Source of the DNA: Macrostomum lignano
Taxonomy: Eukaryota
Reading direction: 5' to 3'
Assembly: GCA_002269645.1 (NCBI GenBank)
Contig: NIVC01000422.1
Span: 310,001 to 374,000 of the forward strand
DNA length: 64,000 nt
The notes beneath the pieces were generated by a model. It saw nothing but the letters and a program-made list of their open reading frames with translations, had not been told where the DNA came from and did not search any database. The position numbers and the translations under genes were made by a program. Every line of letters begins with the position of its first letter. Within the stretch, counting starts at the first letter, position 1. Positions 16,330 through 25,259 of this stretch are shown piece after piece.

Positions 16330-17284
16330 GTTGGGCACAGTTGTAGTTAACGCCAAAAGGGATAAATAAATATGATGGTGAGCAGAATATATACAGGATA
16401 GCGGATAAATTTATACAGGAGTATGAACAAGTTGGCTGGCAGATAAATAACAAAATAGGACGAATAGCTAGGAGCGCAGGAATTCAATTTACAAATTGAG
16501 AAAATCAGTTCCGAGCTAAGTTGCGGTTTAAATACTCCAAAAGGTTATCCACTGGCTGGAGAAAGGGTGTTCCATCCAGAGAAACCAGCCACCACCATAC
16601 GCGGATGGGGGGGTTGAATGAACGAAAGGCCATAAAACAGATAACCGCGCGGCAGGGGGAGGTCCGAAATCAAAGAATTGAAATGGGGCGCCTGAGCGGC
16701 TCACACAAAATAGGTCGGCGGTTAGGATAGCTGAATTGCGCGTAAACAGATAGAAAAATAAAGGAGCAATTGGCGGGCTCCATACTAAGATAATATTGAA
16801 TGAACAGTTTAGTGACCGGGGCTCCATAAGGAGTTACAGGAGCGGGGGCTCACAAATGGCACTGGGTAGGGGAGCCCAACGGGGCAGCCCTTACAACGTT
16901 CCCAGGCTCGAGCAAAATCGAACAAAGAGCAGGGGGTCGAGTCACCTTAAATGCCCTCCACTGAGGACAAGGCCTAGAACAGGGGCGCTTGACCTGAGCG
17001 GGCAGAAGACAGTTTGGCCCTTAGACAGTGGGCTTACAAACCGGAAGGAAAATTAAAATACCTACAGTTTAATCAAACTGTAAGGTGTACAAATTCACTG
17101 CTTTCCTGAAAGCATTAGAAAAAGGGGGGGCACTTCTGCACTTTGAACGTGTGCGAAGAAGCTTACAGCAACAGGGATGCGCAAAATTTAGATGAAAAGA
17201 GGAAACGCAAAATAAAGCAATGATCTTACTGTATCGCATTGTTTAATGAGGACGCGTTGATTAAATATTGTCGCATTGGTGCGT

Positions 17285-17592
17285 GCTTTTCACCGCAAAG
17301 CGTAAGGAAATTTACAGAGCGCATGGTGCTGATTAATGAATTCGCATTTAATAAAATTAGCAAAGTTTTACGCTATACATGAGCACCGGAAACTTTGCAC
17401 TGCTTTTACCGGAAAGCATAAGGAAAAGAGAAACTGCTTTTAACCCTGAAGCATAAGGAAAAGTACATTGGAACGACGCCTGCTTTTATCCGGAAAGCAT
17501 AAGGAAAATGGCAAAATGAAACTGCTTTTAACCCTGAAGCATAAGGAAAAGTACATTGGAACGACGCCTGCTTTTATCCGGAAAGCATAAGG
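17285..17592. repeat. Array of short hairpin-type repeats (gcttt-N6/7-(a/g)aagcataagg), including an 88-bp-period duplication, in the Gypsy 3' non-coding region
   Basis: Copies near 17285, 17402, 17436, 17482, 17524 and 17570. Duplicated block at 17433 and 17521. Confidence 0.85.
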
Positions 17593-17769
17593 GAACGGCA
17601 AAATGAATTTAAACGGAAAATTAAAATCGGCTTTCAGCACAGAGCAGGTGCAGAGAAAGCTTACAGCAAAATTAGAATTGGAACGCGTTCGCAAATATAA
17701 CTACTAATAGTAATGCGCATCAGAAGTTAGCAACTTGGCGCAACAGAAAACTCATTGGTAATTACCTTT

Positions 17770-20700
17770 TCAGATCTCGAGCTCCATACCGATGTCAGGC
17801 AGATCCGGGTCGCCTTCAGACAGCACTTCCGGATGGCGGAGGCTCGGCTCGAACAATTGGCTGCCGCGCAGGTCAGGCTGAGCTGCGGCTGGCTGTTCTG
17901 GAGCGGGCTGATCGGCTGGGTCGACTTCGCTTTCGTCGCTCGACTCGTAGGGCAACATTGGCCGCTCTGTCTGGCGCGGCGGCTCCTGCGGTCGATCTGC
18001 CATCATCTGCGGCACCTTTATGATGTTGTTGCGGTGTACGAGCATTTCAGCTGGGCGTCCACGTCGGGCTGTTGCAGGCTGGATCCAGTAGGCTACTTCG
18101 CCGACCCTCCTGTTGACCTTGTACATGCTTTTGTACGGCCGGTGAAACTTCGGCAGCTCGCCCAACTCGAGCTTCGGGTTGGCCAGGCAAACCAGGTCTC
18201 CGGGCTGCAGTTCCACGGGCTTGGGTCGGTTCTCGTAGTACTCTTCACGGCGTTGGATTTCAGCTCGCAATCGCTGTCGCACAATCCTTTCAGTCTCGGC
18301 CAGTCTACGCTGATGCTTTGCGATGTACTCGGGGAGGTCCGGCGATACGTCCAGGCGGTCTAGGGTGTTATCGATCGGATACCGGTAGGGCACTCCGTAG
18401 ATGACGTAATGCGGCGAGAATCCCGTCGTACGATTGACAGCTGATCGCAGGGCTGTCAGAGCGGCTGGCAACATCTTGTCCCACTGTTGATGATCTTCGA
18501 GAAGACAAGTGAGCACCTTCTTGATATTTTTGTTGCACGATTCAGCTTGACCGTTGGCCCAGGGCGAGTATGGCGGCGTCGTTGTCTGCCGGATGCCATA
18601 GACTTCGCAGAAATGTCGAAACTCGTGCCCTGTGAACTGTTTGCCTTGGTCCGAATGGATCCACGCGGGGATTCCGGTGATCGGGAAGACTTGCTCTTGC
18701 AGGAGAGTTATGATCGTCTTGGCGCGCTGATTCTTCATGGCGAAGGCGAAGGGGTACTTTGACGTCGTGTCGACGTAGGTGAGGATGTACTTGTTGCCTC
18801 GGTCTGTCGGGTCTCCAGTGGGGCCCATGATGTCGATCGCACATCGCCCATAGATTTCGCAGACCGGAAATGATTGTACATGCGCTGGGATGCGTCGCCG
18901 TCCTTTACTCTGAGTGCAGGTCTGGCAGGAAGCGACATAGTCGGACACGGCCTTGGCCAGGGCCGGTCGCCAGAACCTCTCGCGCACCTTTGCGATGGTG
19001 AGATCTCGGCCCATGTGTCCGCAGTAGGGCGAACCATGCAGGTCGGCAAACACTGTGGCGTCGAGACTCTTCGGCAGGACGATCCTTGCATTGTCCTCCT
19101 CGCCAACATCGTCGAGATGGATGACTAATAGTCCGTCGTCTCGGACTTCCAATTGCTCATAGAATGCTAAGAGATTTCGCTCATCTCTTGTTAGATTTAA
19201 TCGCTGATTCAGCGGCGGCTTCGGTTGTCGACTTTCAATTAAGTTGATCATCATCGCGATGGCGGAGTCAGCACGCTGATGGGTCTGGAGCTCCTCACGT
19301 GTGACTGGTCTCGGGATGTGATCAGTTAAGTTCAAAGTTTGGCGTCTGTTAGTCGAATTAGTCGGCGCGGCTTCGGCTGTGGCGGCATGGTTCGGGGTCT
19401 GGAGCTCCCTCCGCATAATCGCTACTCTGGCCGGTTGCCGGGTCGATGAAGAATTTGAGGGCCGATCCTCGTCGGTCATGTCAGCGTCGGCTTCGTCAGC
19501 ATTAGATTCGTCAGCAGATGAGAGTGAGTCAGCGGAACTGTCGGTATCAAGGCTGAATCTCACCTTCTTGAACACAGGACGGCGAGCGGGTTGGCAGCGG
19601 TCTTCGTTGGCTGCGCTGTGGTCGCTATCCTCGTCGCCTTCAGCTAGTAGCCGGCGGCTCCTTGGCGGGCAACATGTCGTGCTGCTAAAGCTGGTGGGCG
19701 ACCTCTGTGAGTCCCGATAACGACTGGCAGATGGCCTCGACTTCGTCGCCGGCGGATGCAGCTCTGTCAGCGGCTTGCTGTCGGCTGTCGGTGTTGCGGG
19801 CGGCGTAGTCTCGCTGTTGGACTCAGTTGACTTCGTCGGCGGCTTTCGTCGGTGACGGCGGGTCGGTCGCTTCTTGCTCGGTGGAGGACTAGGGTGGCTG
19901 CTGTCGTGGACCTTCGGCGCCGCTGCGCCAGTTATCGCGGCTGGCTGCTTACTTTGGTCCTCGACGGCGGCCTCTCGCTGAGCCTCCTCCAAACATTCAG
20001 CGTCGTCCTCAGGCCGTCTTGAGAGGCCGTCGGCGTTTTGGTGCTGACTTGATTTTCGATGCTGGATCTCGAACTCGAATTCGCTGAGGCGCTGTAGCCA
20101 TCGTCCAAAGATTCCTTCTTGCTGAGTTCGCCTCAGGATCCAGGTTAATGCGGCATGATCGGTTCGGCAGATGAACTTCTTGGCCAGCAGGTAGAATCTG
20201 AAGTGTCGCATTCCATCTACGACTGCCAAGAGTTCCTGTTTCGTAATCGGATAACGGGCTTCGGCCGGTTTGAGTCGCCGGGAGAAATAGCCGATTGGTC
20301 GTTCTACTCCATCAGCTTGGCGTTGGCTCAGGCAGGCTCCGATTCTGGTCGCAGAAGCATCCGTGTCCAGGATAAACATTACTTCCGGATCCTCGCTGAA
20401 CTGCGGATACGCGAGCACTGATGTCGAAGTCATGGCTGCTTTGAGCTGATCAAACGCGTCTTGCTGGGCTTTTCCCCATAGACAATTGAAATTTCTAATC
20501 TTCTTTTCCTTGATTAGGTCGTGGAGCGGAGCTGCAAGTTCTGCGTAGCCAGGTACGAATTTAGCATAGTAAGCGCACGTGCAGACAAAACTCTTAAGCT
20601 GTCGGGCTGTTCTTGGTCTTGGCCAGGTTTGAATAGCTTCGATTTTTGCCGGGTCGGTCTTGATTCCATCTTTGGTTACTACGTGTCCCAGGTAGTTGAG

Positions 20701-22407
20701 GCTTGCCCGAAATAAATGGCACTTCTTGCCTTTGAACTTTAGATTAGCTTCTTGGACTCTCTTAAATACTTCTTCCATATGCCGTAGGTGGTCGTTAAAT
20801 TTCTTAGAATAGACGATTACGTCATCCAGGTAGGCGATAGCACTTTTGTAGGCAATCCCGTTGAGCACAGCGTTCATGAGGCGCATGAAGCTGGCTGGAG
20901 CTGAACTTAATCCCATTGGCATAACATTGTAGGCGAACTGTCCGCGGTGCAGCGTGGCAAAGGCTGTCAGATCCTGATCTTCCGGACGCAGAGGGATCTG
21001 ATAGTAGCCGCTATTCAAATCGAATGTACTAAATAGCTGGCTTCCTTCGAGGCTGGCGAATGCTTCCTGAATATTAGGAATCGGGTACGGAAAATACTCA
21101 CACTTTTGATTCAGACTCCGGAAATCTTGTACAATTCTTAGGCTGCCGTCCTTCTTCGGGATGATCACCAGCGGGGTGTTGTAGCTGGAGAAGCTCGGTC
21201 GAATCACGCCTTTGGCCAGCAGATCGTCGAGTAACTGGTCCACCTTGGGTAGCAGGTGCGGCGGGATCCTTCGCGTTGGGAGATGCACCGGATCTTTGTC
21301 CTTCAGTACGATGTTGTGGGTGACCAGATGAGTTCGGCCGAGATCGTGTGGCCCCTGCGAGAAGATGGTCTGGTACTTTCTCAATAGCTCGATGACTTGA
21401 GCGCGCTGGTCACTGGACAGATCCTCACTGATATCGATCTCCTTAATCCAAGCATCGGGATCCTCGTCTTGGATTTGATTGACAGAGTCTTCTGATTTCA
21501 GCAGCGGGAAGAAATGTAGCTCGGGCAGTCTGATTGGTCTAGCAATCCCGACTAGGGCATTCGCTCGCACTTTGATGGCTGTAGTGCCACGGTTGATCAT
21601 TTCGATAGCGCCTTCTCCATTAGCCATGGAAATCAGGGCAGGCGCGGCGTCCAAGTGCTGCACATCTTCTTCACGACGAGCCGGTTTCAGCGGCTCGATC
21701 ACGGCGGGTGTACCCTGGTTTTCTTCTCGTCCTTTGGCTAATTTGATTTTAATTCGGGCAGATGATAACGGCGGCACAGTTGTGCTCTCGGCCGTGTAGA
21801 TTCTGCACGTTGTAGCTTCAGTTCGCGTGTAGCGAAGCGGTGCGGCTGTGCCGTCCTTGAAAAACAGCATTCCGGCGGCGAGGTCCAGTGATGTGCTGTA
21901 CTTCTCCAGGAACTCGAAGCCCAGAATGTTGTCATGCGATCCTTTCGCTAGCAGAAACTTGACTGTAGGCTCAAAATTACCAATCTTCACTTTGATGGAT
22001 AGTTCTCCTGCCATCTGAATTGGTTCACCATTGTAGGTCACGATGCGCTGAAGGCAGGGCTTGATTTGGCCACGCAGGGTCGGGTCGTCAGTACATAGGC
22101 GGTGCCAGGTGCTGAATCCTAGGACTTCACACTTGGACCCGGTATCAAGCAAGAAAGCAAAATAACGGCCTTGAATCTCACCAGTTAAAAACGGATCCCT
22201 TCGAGGTCGCTTGGGTGCAGAGTTCTGTACAGGTGCGGCGGAGGCGGTCTCAGCAGTGGCCTGCTGAGCGACTAAAGTCCTCGGCGGGGACTTCAGTGCT
22301 GGCGCGGCTGCTGGATGGCGCTGCCCCCGATGGCGCGTCCAGCCGTCCCGTTTCCCGAGCTGCCGTTGCGCTGGGACGCGGTGCTGGCCGACCGCCGGTG
22401 CGGGCAC
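17770..22407 (-). CDS. pol: Gypsy Pol polyprotein (protease, reverse transcriptase, RNase H, integrase), expressed by -1 frameshift from gag
   Basis: FLLDTGS (PR), AYLDDVIVYS (RT), ILDTDAS (RH), H-x6-H...CQTC zinc finger, AIDIMGP / HSDQG / GQAESCN DDE core, degenerate GPY/F region. No stops in 1545 codons. Confidence 0.97.
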   Translation of the reverse strand: MPAPAVGQHRVPAQRQLGKRDGWTRHRGQRHPAAAPALKSPPRTLVAQQATAETASAAPVQNSAPKRPRRDPFLTGEIQGRYFAFLLDTGSKCEVLGFSTWHRLCTDDPTLRGQIKPCLQRIVTYNGEPIQMAGELSIKVKIGNFEPTVKFLLAKGSHDNILGFEFLEKYSTSLDLAAGMLFFKDGTAAPLRYTRTEATTCRIYTAESTTVPPLSSARIKIKLAKGREENQGTPAVIEPLKPARREEDVQHLDAAPALISMANGEGAIEMINRGTTAIKVRANALVGIARPIRLPELHFFPLLKSEDSVNQIQDEDPDAWIKEIDISEDLSSDQRAQVIELLRKYQTIFSQGPHDLGRTHLVTHNIVLKDKDPVHLPTRRIPPHLLPKVDQLLDDLLAKGVIRPSFSSYNTPLVIIPKKDGSLRIVQDFRSLNQKCEYFPYPIPNIQEAFASLEGSQLFSTFDLNSGYYQIPLRPEDQDLTAFATLHRGQFAYNVMPMGLSSAPASFMRLMNAVLNGIAYKSAIAYLDDVIVYSKKFNDHLRHMEEVFKRVQEANLKFKGKKCHLFRASLNYLGHVVTKDGIKTDPAKIEAIQTWPRPRTARQLKSFVCTCAYYAKFVPGYAELAAPLHDLIKEKKIRNFNCLWGKAQQDAFDQLKAAMTSTSVLAYPQFSEDPEVMFILDTDASATRIGACLSQRQADGVERPIGYFSRRLKPAEARYPITKQELLAVVDGMRHFRFYLLAKKFICRTDHAALTWILRRTQQEGIFGRWLQRLSEFEFEIQHRKSSQHQNADGLSRRPEDDAECLEEAQREAAVEDQSKQPAAITGAAAPKVHDSSHPSPPPSKKRPTRRHRRKPPTKSTESNSETTPPATPTADSKPLTELHPPATKSRPSASRYRDSQRSPTSFSSTTCCPPRSRRLLAEGDEDSDHSAANEDRCQPARRPVFKKVRFSLDTDSSADSLSSADESNADEADADMTDEDRPSNSSSTRQPARVAIMRRELQTPNHAATAEAAPTNSTNRRQTLNLTDHIPRPVTREELQTHQRADSAIAMMINLIESRQPKPPLNQRLNLTRDERNLLAFYEQLEVRDDGLLVIHLDDVGEEDNARIVLPKSLDATVFADLHGSPYCGHMGRDLTIAKVRERFWRPALAKAVSDYVASCQTCTQSKGRRRIPAHVQSFPVCEIYGRCAIDIMGPTGDPTDRGNKYILTYVDTTSKYPFAFAMKNQRAKTIITLLQEQVFPITGIPAWIHSDQGKQFTGHEFRHFCEVYGIRQTTTPPYSPWANGQAESCNKNIKKVLTCLLEDHQQWDKMLPAALTALRSAVNRTTGFSPHYVIYGVPYRYPIDNTLDRLDVSPDLPEYIAKHQRRLAETERIVRQRLRAEIQRREEYYENRPKPVELQPGDLVCLANPKLELGELPKFHRPYKSMYKVNRRVGEVAYWIQPATARRGRPAEMLVHRNNIIKVPQMMADRPQEPPRQTERPMLPYESSDESEVDPADQPAPEQPAAAQPDLRGSQLFEPSLRHPEVLSEGDPDLPDIGMELEI

Positions 22408-22488
22408 TCATCGGCACGATGCTCGCGATTGCACCTGTAACACATGGCATTCTGCCGTCGCAACTGGTAAGGCGGCGGCCTTGAACTC

Positions 22489-22520
<32 letters not shown>

Positions 22521-23687
22521 ACGTGGACCTCCTGCTGGCGGCGTTCTCGGCGGCGGGTTGCTGCCGTCTCGTGGTTGCTGAAGTCGATGGAACGGTTGCT
22601 GTGGCACCATTCGCGTGCCGGGTGTCGTAAATTGGGCGCTTCTGTCGGCGCTGCGGCGAGGAGTCGAGGGTACCAGACATCTGGAGCGTTGGCCCCACGA
22701 GTCCCGCGGCTGGTGGCGAGGCTCCAATGGCTCCGGGGTGTCGTTGTCGCGCGATCCCCGTGAGTAGAATTCTCGCATCTCGTTACTCAATGTCTCCAGT
22801 AGGCGTCGCTGCTCCTGCAGAGTTTCGGCTTGTTGTTCCATCACTTCACGCAACCAGTTCTCCTCGGGCCGAGATGACTTGTCGTGTTGCACCACAGTGG
22901 GCGTCTGACCATTGTCATCTTCGAGGACCCGGACATGTCTCGCTGCTGGCGGCGGTGCTACTCGCTGAGCCAGACTAGCTGCTGTCTCCAAGCGTAGCAC
23001 GGCCCGTCTCGCTGCGGTTAGATTCTGCGGTCGCACCAGGATTAGCTGTTCTCTCGCCGACTGGGCAATCCGCACTCCCACTGTGAACTGATCCACCAGT
23101 TCAGCCTGCTTCTGAACCGGGGTAAAATGCGGAAATGCTCTATCGGCCAGAGCAATTAGTCGATCGCCATAGTCGTCAACGCTCTCGTTCTTGCCTTGCT
23201 GGCAGCTTCGGAACTGCTCCCGGTACTCCAGCGTGTCGGCCACATGCGTAAAACGTTCAGACAATCGCTGTTTGAACTCACCAAACGTTAGATTATCTGG
23301 CAGCTCCATCCTGACGACTGCGGGATAGGTGGTGGCGATGTCCAGATTCACGAGGACCTCCGCCTTCTTACGTCTGTCGTCTGTGATCCCGTTGAGCTCG
23401 CAACGCTCTTCCAGAGCCTGGATCCAGACGTCGAATTCCTGGTTCTGCGTATACCGCTGAATCTTGACCGGTTTCGGCGCTGGAGCTCGATCCTGCTGCT
23501 GGGGCTGCTGGTACACATGATGATGGTGTTGCGGCTGGCCCAGGCTGGTCTGCTCCAGTCGCCGGCGCACCTCTTCGGTCACCGCGCGAATCATCTCGTC
23601 GTAGGTCGGTCTTGTCGTTGAGTTGTCGGGGCCCGCGGCGTCGGCTGTCGCGTCCGCGGTCGTTGAATTAGTATTAGTTGAAGCCAT
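22293..23687 (-). CDS. gag: Gypsy Gag (464 aa from ATG 23687) with a CX2CX3HX4C zinc knuckle
   Basis: Capsid-like region (FDVWIQALEERC...YREQFRSCQQGKNESVDDYGDRL) and knuckle CYRCNREHRADEC. First ATG after the PBS. Confidence 0.93.
22310..22356 (-). promoter_or_regulatory. -1 programmed ribosomal frameshift signal: G GGA AAC slippery heptamer plus downstream stem-loop
   Basis: Heptamer at 22356-22350 is in the gag frame (TCG GGA AAC), and pol is in the -1 frame (GGG AAA CGG). After a 6-nt spacer, GCTGGA pairs with TCCAGC, with an inner GCGC/GCGC pair. Confidence 0.85.
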
Positions 23688-23736
23688 AGTAGTGTAGCGT
23701 TTGAACGACTCGTTGAAAGGGTTTTGGCGTCTCGTT

Positions 23737-23757
23737 ATCCCACTTAGCTGACCACCA
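23737..23757 (-). promoter_or_regulatory. Primer-binding site TGGTGGTCAGCTAAGTGGGAT, tRNA-Leu-like but imperfect
   Basis: Starts with TGG 1 nt after the 5' LTR. Resembles the complement of tRNA-Leu 3' ends (TGGTGTCAGAAGTGGGAT) with 3 extra nt. Confidence 0.7.
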
Positions 23758-23758
23758 A

Positions 23759-24835
23759 TGAGGTGGGGCGGAGGAGAATTTTCTTGGTAGTTCTCGGTTT
23801 TGAAAATTTGCTGACACCAGTGAGGTGGGGCGGATTCCTCGTTTGAATTTCCGCCGAATGTTGCGTTCGCACGAATAAAACCGGAAAAATCGCGCAGATG
23901 AATCACAACGGAATTTCTTCTCCTTTTCTCCGACTGCCGGGTCCTCAAGTCCGGGGGGAGGGTAGTCGTAATCGTAGCAGAGCGGTCGTTTAGCGGCTCG
24001 GGTCGTTCAAAGGGATGAAACACCGGAGATTTCTGGCTCCGTAAATTAATGCGTCGATGTGTTGAACTGGTTACTTTCAGTAGGGTAGTTGCTGCCACCA
24101 CCGTAATTTACGTATTACGGAACGGATAAGTCTCAGAGCTTTCTTTGAGATGAGAACTTGGTTATTTTACGCCCCACGGGCAAATGACTCAATAAATGCT
24201 ATGGCTTATGTCAACAGATTAAATATGGTTCGGAATAATGATTATGGGCTTGGTTTATTAATAAAAAAACTAATGCAGGCTTATGATTAGAAATTTGACT
24301 TTTAGACGACTGAGATGCTCACGGGCGCCGGTGCGCTAAATAAACTTAAGAACGAAAACTAGACAAGGGTAGACAAGGGGCACAGGTTGACAAGGGAGGG
24401 GTGAGTGTGTTTTGGAAAAGGAAACAGGCGGAAAGATGAAGAGGAAAAACAAAAAAACAAAACAAACAAACAGAACCGAAACAAAAAAACTATGAGAACA
24501 ATTCATCGTGCGCAGATTATAAATAAGAGGGAGAAATTCATGCACAACGCTTGGAAGTAAAAATGGACAGGCCGATGGAGCAAAATTTCAAAGCGTGGAT
24601 ACATTGGGTGGACGGCTTGCCGCAAAGGAAAAGGGGGAAAAATATTAACAAAATCCACCGCAAGGGGGCGTGTTTTAACACCCAGTGGAAACTAAAACAG
24701 TGGCTGGACGGCCACTTGACGGAAAAATGACGCGTTGGAAATTCAATAGATGGATAAAAAAATTAATGTTTCTTGGGCATGCAAACTAGCGTAATTGTGT
24801 GATTAAATGTTCCACAGTGGCACTCGACTGCCACA
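23759..24835 (-). repeat. 5' LTR of the Gypsy element
   Basis: TGTGGC...CCTCA on the minus strand, followed by the PBS. Candidate TCAGT initiator near 24310. Confidence 0.96.
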
Positions 24836-25259
24836 AACCCTTTACAGAAATATATCTTTTTGTTCACCTTTTTCTTAGAAATTAAACAAGCGGAGAAACA
24901 AAAAGTAGCAAACCAAATCAAGGTATTTTTCTAAAAAATTAAAAAAAGTAATATTAAAAATAATATTTATATACAAAACCTTAAAAATCAATTAAAATGA
25001 TAAAGCTAATTTAAAAATTATTTTGTATTATACGAATACTAATCGATTAAAACACGTACAAGAAAACTGCACCCAAATATCTTATGAGTAGAAATAGAAA
25101 CTCAAAGAGCCAGCGAGAGAGCTATTTCCAGGCCAACCAATTAGAGTTCTAGAAAATTCTAGGCAATCTTTGATATTAGCTAATTTACAAAAGGTAACTA
25201 AAGTTGTCCAACTAGATTGCAAATTGTTCTACATACAGACGTACAGTGCATCGAGTGCA

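Larger units (their letters stand above)
14446..24835 (-). mobile_element. Full-length Ty3/Gypsy LTR retrotransposon, 10,390 bp, 4-bp TSD AACC
   Basis: Two 1077-bp direct repeats offset by 9313 bp, with TG...CA ends. AACC at 14442-14445 and 24836-24839. gag, then PR-RT-RH-IN order in uninterrupted ORFs. Confidence 0.97.

Noticed and set aside
15553-16356. ORF3 as an envelope gene
   Set aside because: No signal peptide, furin site or transmembrane helix, and too short.
17285-17592. CRISPR-like repeat-spacer appearance
   Set aside because: Eukaryotic retrotransposon context, degenerate repeats, short duplicated spacers and no cas genes.
17770-18100. Chromodomain at the integrase C-terminus
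   Set aside because: The tail is Pro/acidic low-complexity with no aromatic-cage pattern.
17755-22978. Long plus-strand ORFs antisense to gag-pol (e.g. 17755-18363, 19379-19720)
   Set aside because: Expected shadows of a GC-rich coding strand, with no motifs.
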